A stretch of 63,940 nucleotides of DNA, counting the filler, from an uncultured bacterium (lineage in GTDB: Bacteria; Hinthialibacterota; Hinthialibacteria; Hinthialibacterales; Hinthialibacteraceae): the NCBI GenBank assembly GCA_964449065.1. It is 6 parts of 6 records of this genome, joined end to end, with 100 filler letters (N's around TTAATTAATTAA, not from the genome) between each part and the next. Parts side by side here need not be neighbours in the genome. Positions count along the whole stretch, not along the records: positions 1 to 10,904 come from CAYVAZ010000168.1; positions 11,005 to 21,903 come from CAYVAZ010000169.1; 4 more parts are not named here. The stretch is one strand, 5' to 3'. A model generated the notes under the pieces. It made no database searches. It had not been told where the DNA came from and saw only the letters and a list, made by a program, of their open reading frames with translations. Position 1 is the first letter of the stretch. The number at the start of each line of letters is the position of its first letter. Position numbers and translations under genes: made by a program. Positions 10,552-19,872 of the stretch are shown piece after piece.

Positions 10552-10721
10552 GTGGGTGCTGTAAGCGAAGGTTGACTCAGGACCTCGACAGACATCGAGT
10601 GAACTGCCGAGGTAACCTGCAACCTTCATCACTGAAGGTTGACTATGTTGGCGGAGCTGACCAACAACCTTCGGAAACATTTGACCGGAAATGAGGCGGA
10701 GCCTCATTTCCGGTCTTTTTT
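10552..10721 (+). ncRNA. Putative structured small RNA (~170 nt), family unknown
   Basis: GC-rich, no credible ORF, bounded by a sigma54-like promoter and a strong intrinsic terminator; internal complementary GAAGGTTG/CAACCTTC blocks. Confidence 0.55.
10683..10721 (+). terminator. Rho-independent terminator
   Basis: 15-bp perfect stem GACCGGAAATGAGGC-GGA-GCCTCATTTCCGGTC followed by T6. Confidence 0.9.
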
Positions 10722-10776
10722 CTTGTCACAAATTCCTTCCTGACAAATTTCCACCAAAATCATACCGCTTCAATAA

Positions 10777-10904
10777 AATAACTGACGTTACGCAAAATTC
10801 TATACGGTAGGTATTGTTGCGAGATTTAAATCCGTTTCGATAGTCACTAAATAACTCACGTTACGCACTACATTATGATATGCCCGTTTTTCTCATCGTT
10901 CGCT
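10777..10904. repeat. Two adjacent MITE-like repeats starting AATAACT(C/G)ACGTTACGCA
   Basis: 10777-10853 matches the reverse complement of 22152-22228; 10850-10904 matches 43972-44075 (rc), 54744-54848 and 63766-63869. Confidence 0.8.
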
Positions 10905-11004
10905 NNNNNNNNNNNNNNNNNNNNNNNNNNNNNNNNNNNNNNNNNNNNTTAATTAATTAANNNNNNNNNNNNNNNNNNNNNNNNNNNNNNNNNNNNNNNN
11001 NNNN
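10905..11004. other. Artificial contig linker (N44-TTAATTAATTAA-N44)
   Basis: Stop codons in all six frames flanked by N runs; identical at five places. Confidence 0.99.
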
Positions 11005-11146
11005 GCCTGTAACGTTTCTTCTTCGCTATATCCCTCAAGGCTTTTTTGAGGGTTCGGTGATCGTCAATATCCCTGTTCATCCCTGTTCATCTTATTCAAA
11101 TGAGATATCCTCATCAATACAAACACTTTATCTGTAAGGGGTTATC

Positions 11147-12097
11147 ATGCTGCGTGTTCTCATATTTGGTTCCGGTGCGGTGGGTTCCCTGATGGGGGGA
11201 TTGCTCGCCAACACAGGCCACGAAGTCTACTTCGTCGGCAGAAAGCCCAAAATCAGCGCCATCCGTGATCAGGGCATCCACATTACCGGAAAATGGGGAG
11301 AACATACTGTCAAACCGCAGCAAAAAGTGTTTGAACAAGTCAGCGATATCCCCCAAAACGAACAGCATTTCGATTGGATTCTCATCACCACCAAAGCCTT
11401 CGCTACCCTGCAAGCCATACAAGACATCCAACCGGTTGTCAGCGATGCCACCTACATCATTTCCGCCCAAAATGGATACGGCAATTCCCAATTCATCGCT
11501 GAGGCTTTCGGCTGGCACAGAACCATCACCGCCAGGGTTCACACCGGCGTGGAGATGCGTGAGCCCGGTGTAATTGACGTTGTTGTTCATGGCGATGATA
11601 TTCGGCTGGGGCACTATCATAATGAACTCCCCATGCACCTGATGGAGTCCATCGCCCTCACCATGCGTGAGTCCGATGTCCCGGTGCAAGCCACCGAAGA
11701 AATCGAACAAATCCTCTGGGCCAAAATACTCTATAACGCTTCGCTTAATCCGTTAGGAGCCATGTTAGGAATCACCTATGGAGAATTGGCAGAGAACAAA
11801 AAAACCCGCTCCATCATGCACAACATCATGGATGAAGCCTTTGCCATCGCCAAAGCATGCAAAATCAAACTCTATTGGGATAACGCGCATGATTACCGGA
11901 CGTTCTTTTATGACAAGATGATTCCACCCACAGCCGCGCATTTCCCATCCATGCTGCGCGATATCGAACGCAAAGGCCGCACCGAAGTCGATGCGCTAAA
12001 CGGAGCCATCGTAAAATTGGGGGAAGAGCAGGGAATCCCGGCTCCGGTTAACCAAACCATTACATCCTTGATTCATTACAAAGAAACCCAAGCATAG
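11147..12097 (+). CDS. panE: 2-dehydropantoate 2-reductase
   Basis: GSGAVG Rossmann motif, TTKAF, QNG, WAKILYNASLNPL, SMLRDI...TEVDALNG. Confidence 0.92.
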   Translation: MLRVLIFGSGAVGSLMGGLLANTGHEVYFVGRKPKISAIRDQGIHITGKWGEHTVKPQQKVFEQVSDIPQNEQHFDWILITTKAFATLQAIQDIQPVVSDATYIISAQNGYGNSQFIAEAFGWHRTITARVHTGVEMREPGVIDVVVHGDDIRLGHYHNELPMHLMESIALTMRESDVPVQATEEIEQILWAKILYNASLNPLGAMLGITYGELAENKKTRSIMHNIMDEAFAIAKACKIKLYWDNAHDYRTFFYDKMIPPTAAHFPSMLRDIERKGRTEVDALNGAIVKLGEEQGIPAPVNQTITSLIHYKETQA

Positions 12098-12098
12098 C

Positions 12099-13130
12099 AT
12101 GTCGAACATCAATCCTCAAAGCCTGTTAGCCGAACTGGCCGATGCCGTCTCCTTACGCGAAGGCGCCAATGGCATATCGAACGCCCTCTGGTGTTTGCAC
12201 AGCGGAAAAGCCTATTCCACGCATGAATGGTCGCGTTCGGTGCGGCTTCCGGTTCCCGTATTGGCGGCCCTGCGCCGGGAGTTGGAAAAACGCGAAATTC
12301 TCGCTTCGGAAAAACGCATTGTTATCAGCGAACACGGCAAAAAAATTCTCGAAGAGATTTTTCATACGAAGTCTATCCCAACAAGCACATGCCCGGCTTG
12401 TCATGGGCTTGGCCTTGTTACGCCGCCCGCTATTTACTCGTTAATCGAAGAAATGGATAAAATCGGCGCCAACCGCCCCCCAGTTGATGTCACGCTCGAC
12501 CAAAGCCACGCTACCCCGCAAACCGCTATCCGCAAAGCGCTATTGCTTCTCGAACACGGATTGTTGCAGCAGTCCATCCTCTTTATGGGGGATGATGATC
12601 TAATCTCGCTGGCCTGTTTTCTCGTGAGAAAGCATTTCATCAACAATCCGGAAAATGTCGGCGGCATTCATGTATTGGATATCGATCCACGCTATTTGGA
12701 TTACATAAAATCGATCTCCGGTGATACCATTGCAACCGCGGAATACGATGTTCGCCAAGATCTGCCGCGGCAATATCATCAGCAATTCAAAACCGTGCTC
12801 ACCGACCCCGCTTATACGCTCAATGGGATCACGACCTTTGCCTTCCGCTGTATGCAAGCGGTTCATGATGAAGGATTTTTATACCTATCCATGCCGCAAG
12901 TTGATCCAGCCGTCTCCGGGCAAGTGCAGTCAAAACTGCTCGATATGGGATGGACCCTGCGCGATCAATACAAAAATTTCAATCAATATATCGGGGCATC
13001 CATCCACGCTCATGTTTCCTCTCTTTATATTTGGCAAAAATGGAAGTTGTGCAGGGAAAATCTATCCGCTTTTCTTTCCGGTAACCCTGAATTCTATACC
13101 GCGGATCGAAAAAAGAACCGGGTTAAATAG
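12099..13130 (+). CDS. bpsA: Bis-aminopropyl spermidine synthase family protein (branched-chain polyamine synthase-like)
   Basis: CPACHGLG, RP....LDQ, GDDDLISLA, LDIDPR, YDVRQDLP, TDPAYT..G...F motifs. Confidence 0.75.
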   Translation: MSNINPQSLLAELADAVSLREGANGISNALWCLHSGKAYSTHEWSRSVRLPVPVLAALRRELEKREILASEKRIVISEHGKKILEEIFHTKSIPTSTCPACHGLGLVTPPAIYSLIEEMDKIGANRPPVDVTLDQSHATPQTAIRKALLLLEHGLLQQSILFMGDDDLISLACFLVRKHFINNPENVGGIHVLDIDPRYLDYIKSISGDTIATAEYDVRQDLPRQYHQQFKTVLTDPAYTLNGITTFAFRCMQAVHDEGFLYLSMPQVDPAVSGQVQSKLLDMGWTLRDQYKNFNQYIGASIHAHVSSLYIWQKWKLCRENLSAFLSGNPEFYTADRKKNRVK

Positions 13131-13132
13131 AT

Positions 13133-13585
13133 TCATTCATGCTCATCATTTATCAGAATTTCGTGCTCAATCCAATGAATATAATTTATATACTCTCCTG
13201 CATTTAATACACAATCATAAAACTTTTTGTCCGCTGTAACCATTTTCGTATCAAATTTTTCTGCGCAAGCCAAATAGATGCAATCATAAAGATCATGCTG
13301 AATCGTGTTGGAAAGTTTAAAGGAACGGTTAAGTAAACCGCGAGAGGAAATGAATTCTAAATGACTCTCTTCAATAATCGTTTCAAGTATTGTTTGTCCA
13401 TCTTCTTCAGTGATTTCGTTCGAGGCTATTTTTCGGCGAATTGCACCTGCACATTCATAAATAGCAAAATCCGGTGTCGCACAAAGTACAGCCTCATTTT
13501 CAAGCAAATCCCAGGCTTCTTTTTGAAATAATTCTTCAAAATACCACTTTAATATAACACTGGCATCTAAAATATAAGGGATCAT
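13133..13585 (-). CDS. vapC: PIN-domain toxin (VapC family)
   Basis: ILDASVILKWY..E, YDCIYLACA, VTADKK. Confidence 0.9.
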   Translation of the reverse strand: MIPYILDASVILKWYFEELFQKEAWDLLENEAVLCATPDFAIYECAGAIRRKIASNEITEEDGQTILETIIEESHLEFISSRGLLNRSFKLSNTIQHDLYDCIYLACAEKFDTKMVTADKKFYDCVLNAGEYINYIHWIEHEILINDEHE

Positions 13586-13827
13586 TTAAACTCACGCAAA
13601 TCACGTATTATTTGAGTGCTGTCTGTACGTTGTGGCCCCAATTTTTGGCTGAAATTCTTCACCCGTTGCAAGAAGTCTTTTTTATTCATTTCCTCATTCG
13701 TAGGATTGTGAATTCCTTGAATCAGAATCCGTTTGAGTTCTTCTTCTGGATTTAATCCATTTTTAAGGGCTTGTTTGGTTAATTTTAGATAGGTTTCTTC
13801 GCTGATATCTACTGTAATTTCAGTCAT
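13582..13827 (-). CDS. Putative RHH/FitA-like antitoxin
   Basis: Small ORF overlapping the PIN gene start; ITVDISEETY..L...A..NG...EEE, and DSTQIIRDLR tail. Confidence 0.75.
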   Translation of the reverse strand: MTEITVDISEETYLKLTKQALKNGLNPEEELKRILIQGIHNPTNEEMNKKDFLQRVKNFSQKLGPQRTDSTQIIRDLREFK

Positions 13828-14137
13828 TACTGTTCCTCTTTCTTTCAAAACCTCTTTCTTTCAAAACATTGATGAGGGTAATTCAAGTAATTTAAGAAAA
13901 GAGAAAAATCTCTTAAATACTGGAATTTACATAGTCTGATTATACATGATAAAACGGAGAATCAGCACTTTTTTTTCTCTTTGTTTTCATCTATTATGAA
14001 TCTTCTTTGAAAAATTCCCATTTATTTCGTCAGGCAATGCAAGGGATTTTCAACAAATCGTTGGACATTTCAAACGAAATGAATTACACTAATTCACAAA
14101 CGAATTTGTAAACAATTAAGCGTGATAGAGGGATAAA

Positions 14138-16588
14138 ATGAATAAAAAAATTCAAGCCGCTATACTCATTGTTATTGCACTAGCCGTTGTTGGAGCGCTG
14201 CATCAATTTGTGTTCGCCCCCATCAAACAACAATACACCGATCAAATTTCCAAGATGGATCAATTGAAAGGGCAATACCGTACCATTACGCAAGACGTCA
14301 CCGCCGGTCCCAATGCCAGCGGCACCAACATTGCCAATCAAATGCAGGATGTTATTGCCAACATCAACAGCCAAATTCAACAGGACCGCCAAATTTTTGA
14401 TACCCTCGATCAGCAATTAAGCATCATTCAAAAATACGACCCCAACCGCAACTACCGCAACGATATTTTGGATGAAATTCAACGGATGCGCACCCTGCAA
14501 GAAAGCACCACCACCACCAAATTGAACATACTCAACTCTTGGGGGGTTAACGGCGGAATTTACGAAGGCCTATTCGGTACCGGATACTATGCCACCGACG
14601 GCCGTTCCATGGCCTATGCCAATACTCCGCCTACCCGTGATGTCATTATCTCCAAGAGTGGTACCGTCGAATTCTATGTCAAACCGGAATGGGACCCGAA
14701 CGATACCGAAGTCCAGCACAAAGCCATGTTCATTGCCTTATCAAAGCAAGAAATGACGCGGGAGAAAATTGAAGAGTTCGTTGAATCGCTCAATGAAGAG
14801 GATACCGGCGGACGCCCCATCAACGTGAACATGCTTGTCCAAGGACCAGGCCCCTATCCCGTCGAATGCATGGTTGGTATATACAAAGGCGTAGGACCGA
14901 CATTGACCTTTGAACTCAAAAACTATGTGCAGCCCCCCAGCACCTTAACAGCCAACATCAGCGACTGGAAACCCGGCCAATGGTATCACGTTGCCGCTGT
15001 CTGGGAAAACAAACGCCAAGCCCTGTACATCAACGGCCAAAATAAAGGCATGCCTTTTAATGCGGGGCAATCCATCCGCGACGTCGATGAAGAAGATGGC
15101 GGCGGCCTATTCCTCGGCGGTGGCGGCATGGGCGGTTACGGCATGGGTATGGGTGGCATGATGGGTGGTATGGGCATGGGTGGTATGGGCATGGGTGGTA
15201 TGGGTATGGGCGGCATGGGTATGGGCGGCATGATGGGCGGCATGGGCGGTGGAGGCGGCTTTGGCCGTTTCAGCGGCGGTTCCGGCCAAACCCTAACCCA
15301 AGGTGTTGCGGTGCCGACGATACTGGATGGGTTCTTTTTAGGCGCCGATGAAAAAGGCGAATTTGCAGCGGATTGCTACTTCGATGACCTTCATGTCCGC
15401 GCCGGCGCGCATACCGGATTCAACACCAAAAGCCAGCAGCAAGCCACAAATTCCACCTTGGTTCTTGATCATTTTAATGACGATTTGCCCAAGGAAAGCG
15501 AATTGGCGTCTTTGCTGTCAAGCATCCAGTCCGTACAAACAAATATGACCTTCCAAGGCTTGACGGAAGCGTTGCGAGCCAACTTCGAGTTCCAATACGA
15601 CATGCTTCGCCACGCCATCGGACTCGATCAAAGTTATTTGGAAACACATGACCCAACCATGAAAACCATCCGCGAATTGTATGTGCTGGAATTTATCCGC
15701 AAACGCACCGGCAATTCCTTCCGCCAGTTGATGGATTTGCTTCAAATCGACGCTAAATTAAACGACAATGTCAACAATCACCGCGTGGTTGAATATCAAC
15801 GCTTCAGTTATGACTTGGCGCAAATTGCCATCGATACCAAATTAATGGCCATTAAAGATATCATCAACAAAGGCCAAGTCTATGTTGTAACGGATGAACA
15901 ATTGCAGGAACAATTTGACGGCATTCTCGCTTCTTTGCAAACAGAAGTTAATGACCCAGCGAGCAACATTCTGGCTATGCACGGCTATATCGGTATGGGC
16001 GGTTACGGCATGGGCGGCATGGGCGGAATGGGCATGGGTATGGGAATGGGCGGTATGGGTATGGGCATGGGTATGGGCATGGGCATGGGTATGGGAATGG
16101 GTATGGGCATGATGGGGGGTGGCGGCAACCAAAAACCGATGTCGGAAATGCCGGATAACTATCTGTTGTCCTTACGGATGTACGACCCCAATAAACCGGG
16201 CGAACCGGAATATACCCAGGCGACAATTGATGAATTGCGGGATGTTTTTCGTGAATGGGAAGAGAAAAAAGAAAAACTTAAACTCTACCGTAAATACAAA
16301 CAAGATGAAATCGTTCCGCCCGATGTAATTGAAGAGTTTAATAAAAGAATGGAGCAAAACAACGAAGACTATTACATCAAACGTTCGGTGGAACTGCATT
16401 TGGAAGCCGATTATCCATCCACCTTGGATTTCATCTACCGGCTGGAAAACGGCAAGCGCATTAACACCCTCAACCGGATTGATATCACCAACAAAGAAGA
16501 CAACATCGTTGAAGCCGTATTGGATGTTGAAAGCCACAGCTTGCGCGATGTCTCGGAAGATGATGACCAAGCCATCAGTATGAATTAA
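14138..16588 (+). CDS. PilO/GspM-like membrane protein with a LamG-like domain and two Gly/Met tracts
   Basis: N-terminal TM plus coiled coil; GTVEFYVKP, WKPGQWYHVAAVW..LYING, FDDLHV (LamG); C-terminal LEADY...DFIYRLE...R...L.RIDI (PilO-like). Confidence 0.6.
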   Translation: MNKKIQAAILIVIALAVVGALHQFVFAPIKQQYTDQISKMDQLKGQYRTITQDVTAGPNASGTNIANQMQDVIANINSQIQQDRQIFDTLDQQLSIIQKYDPNRNYRNDILDEIQRMRTLQESTTTTKLNILNSWGVNGGIYEGLFGTGYYATDGRSMAYANTPPTRDVIISKSGTVEFYVKPEWDPNDTEVQHKAMFIALSKQEMTREKIEEFVESLNEEDTGGRPINVNMLVQGPGPYPVECMVGIYKGVGPTLTFELKNYVQPPSTLTANISDWKPGQWYHVAAVWENKRQALYINGQNKGMPFNAGQSIRDVDEEDGGGLFLGGGGMGGYGMGMGGMMGGMGMGGMGMGGMGMGGMGMGGMMGGMGGGGGFGRFSGGSGQTLTQGVAVPTILDGFFLGADEKGEFAADCYFDDLHVRAGAHTGFNTKSQQQATNSTLVLDHFNDDLPKESELASLLSSIQSVQTNMTFQGLTEALRANFEFQYDMLRHAIGLDQSYLETHDPTMKTIRELYVLEFIRKRTGNSFRQLMDLLQIDAKLNDNVNNHRVVEYQRFSYDLAQIAIDTKLMAIKDIINKGQVYVVTDEQLQEQFDGILASLQTEVNDPASNILAMHGYIGMGGYGMGGMGGMGMGMGMGGMGMGMGMGMGMGMGMGMGMMGGGGNQKPMSEMPDNYLLSLRMYDPNKPGEPEYTQATIDELRDVFREWEEKKEKLKLYRKYKQDEIVPPDVIEEFNKRMEQNNEDYYIKRSVELHLEADYPSTLDFIYRLENGKRINTLNRIDITNKEDNIVEAVLDVESHSLRDVSEDDDQAISMN
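15098..15285 (+). repeat. Coding low-complexity Gly/Met repeat 1
   Basis: Imperfect ATGGGY/GGY repeats encoding GGMGGYGMGMGGMMGGMGMGG... Confidence 0.95.
15985..16126 (+). repeat. Coding low-complexity Gly/Met repeat 2
   Basis: (ATGGGN)n encoding GMGGYGMGGMGGMGMGMG... Confidence 0.95.
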
Positions 16589-16604
16589 ATAAATAGGATA
16601 GATG

Positions 16605-16640
16605 ATAAAAGGGCAGAGACGTTATCTGCCCTTTTTTTAT
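16605..16640 (+). terminator. Rho-independent terminator
   Basis: AAAAGGGCAGA-GACGTTA-TCTGCCCTTTTTTT just after the 14138..16588 stop. Confidence 0.8.
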
Positions 16641-16655
16641 AGGAACACAAAAACA

Positions 16656-18116
16656 ATGCCGCGTGTAATGTTATATTCTTTAGCCGTTTCTTTTGTATGC
16701 CTTTACGGGGTTCTTCTCTCATCCTTCGCGTCGCTATCCGGTGAAGTTGATTCTCTGCTCAACACCAAATCCCCCCCCGGTACGGAATGGGGTATTCTGG
16801 TGGAACGTTTGGAGGATGGCGCAACCGTCTATCAACGGCGGCCGGATATCCGTATGATCCCTGCTTCTAACATGAAGATCGTCTCCGGCGCCGCGGCTCT
16901 TTTGGGGTTAGGACAGGATTTTCGCTACGAAACCACTCTCTTTCAGACTGGCGTGCATATTGATGATACCGTGACCGGAAGTTTGATCGTGGTGGGCACC
17001 GGCGACCCCAGCATCGGCGGACGCTTTAACGGCGGCGATATCACCCAACTCTTTCGCGAATGGGCAAACGTTTTAAAACAAAAGAAGATGACCACCATTA
17101 CCGGTGACTTAGTGGGTGTGGATCACGCATTCGACAGCGAACGCTACGGCCTCAATTGGAATCCGGAAGATTATGTCGAATGGTATGCAGCCGAAATCAG
17201 CGCCTTAACCCTCAACGATTCTTGCATCGATCTCATCATCACCGGTTCCACTAAACCGGGAAACACGGCGGCCATCGAACCGGATCCGCCTACATCCTAT
17301 ATGAACATCATCAACCGTGTCAGAACAGTAAGCACCCGCAAGCAAGAACGCATGATTGAATTCATCCGCGAACCCGAATCGCGCCAACTGACTATCCGCG
17401 GAGCCGTCCGCAAAAACAAACGCATTCGTGAATACGCCAGTGTGCCCAATCCAACGTTATTCTTTCTGACCATATTGAAAGAAACGCTGGAAAACGAAGG
17501 CATCCAAATCCGGGGGGCAGTCCGCGCCGCCAAACGCGATTCTTTTCCGCTCAAACAAGACACATGGTATGAATTGGCTAAACACTTGTCTCCGCCGTTT
17601 ACGCAATTGCTTTCCGTATGTCTGCGCAATAGCCAAAACCTTTACGCGGAACATTTTTTAAAAACGCTTGGGTTTCGCGGCTTTGGCAAAGGCAGTTTAA
17701 GCACAGGCACTTTAGTTATGAAAGATTTACTCGCCATGCAGGGCTGTACGGTGTTGGACAATCCCTATATCGGAGACGGCTCCGGCCTCTCGCGCGACAA
17801 CCGCATCAGTCCCAGAGCCTTGGTCGAAATCTTACACTGCATGGATAAATCAAAGTACGCCAACACCTTCCGACAAGCACTGCCGCAATCCGGGGTAAGA
17901 GGAACCCTCAAACACCGGATGAAAGACAATGCCGCCTATCAAAACGTATTCGCAAAAACCGGGACGCTGACAGGCGTTCGCGCCTTATCCGGCTATCTCA
18001 TTGGCGCAAGTGGAAAAGAATACGTGTTCTCGATGATCGCCAACGGCACACAGAAAGATGACGACTACAATGATATCATGGATGAAGCCTGCGCCATCAT
18101 CGTAAAAAACGGCTAA
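16656..18116 (+). CDS. dacB: D-alanyl-D-alanine carboxypeptidase/endopeptidase (PBP4, S13)
   Basis: PASNMK (SxxK), GTGDPS, SQN (SxN), DGSGLSRDN, AKTGTL; start moved to the ATG after the terminator. Confidence 0.95.
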   Translation: MPRVMLYSLAVSFVCLYGVLLSSFASLSGEVDSLLNTKSPPGTEWGILVERLEDGATVYQRRPDIRMIPASNMKIVSGAAALLGLGQDFRYETTLFQTGVHIDDTVTGSLIVVGTGDPSIGGRFNGGDITQLFREWANVLKQKKMTTITGDLVGVDHAFDSERYGLNWNPEDYVEWYAAEISALTLNDSCIDLIITGSTKPGNTAAIEPDPPTSYMNIINRVRTVSTRKQERMIEFIREPESRQLTIRGAVRKNKRIREYASVPNPTLFFLTILKETLENEGIQIRGAVRAAKRDSFPLKQDTWYELAKHLSPPFTQLLSVCLRNSQNLYAEHFLKTLGFRGFGKGSLSTGTLVMKDLLAMQGCTVLDNPYIGDGSGLSRDNRISPRALVEILHCMDKSKYANTFRQALPQSGVRGTLKHRMKDNAAYQNVFAKTGTLTGVRALSGYLIGASGKEYVFSMIANGTQKDDDYNDIMDEACAIIVKNG

Positions 18117-18158
18117 TCAGTCACATTGCATAATCCGTTACAATACGTCTTCAATCAC

Positions 18159-18572
18159 GTAGGGGCAGCCCCACCCACTTGCAAATCAATCCCTGGGAGG
18201 GCGAGGCTCCCGCCGAGCCAGCAGCACGCTTTCCTTCCCGTTAATCCGCTATAAAATTGGTATAAAACTTTAAGAACTGAGTATGCCCACGTCGTTATTC
18301 GCGTAAATTCGCGTGTATTCGCGGTTTCAAATGTGGTGCTGGCTTCCAACCTGCAAAAGCCTTTGTCTCCCCCAAAGCATTTGGGGGAGATGTCCGACGC
18401 AAGGAGGATAGAGGGGGTTGTGGCCGCATATCAAAATAACCGGGTAGCACCGGCTTCCAGCCGGTATATGAATACGCAACCCTGGGAGGGCGAGGCTCCC
18501 GCCGAGCCAGCAGCACGCTTTCCTTCCCCGCTAATCTGAAATAAAATCGGTATGAAACTCTATGAACTTGAA
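18159..18572. repeat. Cluster of REP-like palindromes including a ~90-bp direct repeat
   Basis: 18192-~18280 is similar to 18481-~18570; also ATTCGCG x3, TCTCCCCCAAA..TTTGGGGGAGA and GTAGCACCGGCTTCCAGCCGGT. Confidence 0.8.
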
Positions 18573-18589
18573 ATGGTTTTATTGCCAAG

Positions 18590-19870
18590 ATGCTAAAACG
18601 CCGCCTCCGTGACTCCACAATCATCCTCATCATCACTCTTTGTATGCTCTTGCTGCTGGAAACTGGCATACGTCTCACAGGCATTCAACCCGCGGAACCC
18701 CTCCTCTCTGAATGGATGCAGGCTCATCCCACCCTGTTATGGATAAACAAACCCAACTCACACGGCACCCGGGGCAGCCGCTTTGCCCCTAACATCTCCT
18801 ACGTCCACAACAACCATGGCATGAGAATGCGTGAAGACATCTCTCTCCAACAAGATGCCTTCCGCGTCATGATGATCGGCGACTCCAACATCTGGGGCTT
18901 TGGCGTGGAACAATCCCAAACCGCCAGCGCCGTCTTGCAGGATAAATTGAGCCGAAAAGCAAAAACAAATAAGCCGGTTCAGGTCCTCAATATGGGGATC
19001 ACCGGCCATTCATCCTATCAAGGCAAGATACGCTTACAAGATTCCGAATTACAAAGCGCAAATGTAATCGTCCTTGCTTACGGGTATAACGACAGGCGCT
19101 ATACCGCCAATGAAGATAAGCAGGATAGCCCGGAATATTTCGAAGCAACCTATGACAAACTCTGGTTTCATCAATTGCTGTTGCAGCGTTCCGCAATATG
19201 CGGTTGGTTCGCGTCCTGGAATCAAGAACCGCAATTCACCTCGCTTAAAGATGCCATGCCCCGTGTTTCTCCCAAGCAATACCAGTCCAATTTTGATGCC
19301 ATGCTGAAGAAATTTGAAAAATCAAACGTACGCGTCATCGTGCTGGGATTACGCGACAACCCCGCTATTGTTCACAGAATCAACCAAGCGAGACTATATG
19401 AACACGAAGAAAAGTACGATCTTGCTGTGCAGCAATACTTCGCCATATTGCAATCCCCCAATATTTCCGAATCCACTCTCGCCCCCTACATGTTTCTGCG
19501 GATGATCAAAAACCATCCCCAAGAAGTCGGTAAGGCTTTAAAAATCTTCCCACCGTTACAAGATATCTCCGTCGATAAACTCCAATTGAATCTTGAATCC
19601 ATCACCCTGCCGCTCGACAGCATGATGGGAGGAACGGTCATCCGTACGCAAGATGAATATCTTGAACTTTTGCTTGAAGTATGCTCTAACTATAAGAACG
19701 TTACGTATGTGGATTACGCGGAATTACTCAAACCGCTTTCAGAAGAAGAACGGTTGTCCTGCTATTTCTCAACCGATCCCTGCCACATCAACGTGAAGGG
19801 TAATAGGCTGTTGGCTGAGTATCTTGAACCGCTGATCTGGAATGAATACGAAGCCTTGAATGGAGATTAA
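18590..19870 (+). CDS. SGNH/GDSL hydrolase family membrane-anchored protein
   Basis: IGDS, LNMGITG, YGYND, DPCHIN..G blocks; N-terminal TM. Confidence 0.88.
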   Translation: MLKRRLRDSTIILIITLCMLLLLETGIRLTGIQPAEPLLSEWMQAHPTLLWINKPNSHGTRGSRFAPNISYVHNNHGMRMREDISLQQDAFRVMMIGDSNIWGFGVEQSQTASAVLQDKLSRKAKTNKPVQVLNMGITGHSSYQGKIRLQDSELQSANVIVLAYGYNDRRYTANEDKQDSPEYFEATYDKLWFHQLLLQRSAICGWFASWNQEPQFTSLKDAMPRVSPKQYQSNFDAMLKKFEKSNVRVIVLGLRDNPAIVHRINQARLYEHEEKYDLAVQQYFAILQSPNISESTLAPYMFLRMIKNHPQEVGKALKIFPPLQDISVDKLQLNLESITLPLDSMMGGTVIRTQDEYLELLLEVCSNYKNVTYVDYAELLKPLSEEERLSCYFSTDPCHINVKGNRLLAEYLEPLIWNEYEALNGD

Positions 19871-19872
19871 CA

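Noticed and set aside
13835..13866. 16-bp tandem duplication CCTCTTTCTTTCAAAA upstream of the antitoxin
   Set aside because: Real, but most simply a local slippage duplication of the RBS region with no further support for function
15842..16226. His-rich and Cys/Pro-rich ORFs antisense to the Gly/Met tracts
   Set aside because: Automatic consequence of reading (ATGGGN)n in other frames
18159..18572. Repeat clusters here and at 53278-53700 as CRISPR arrays
   Set aside because: No run of identical repeats with uniform unique spacers, and no cas genes
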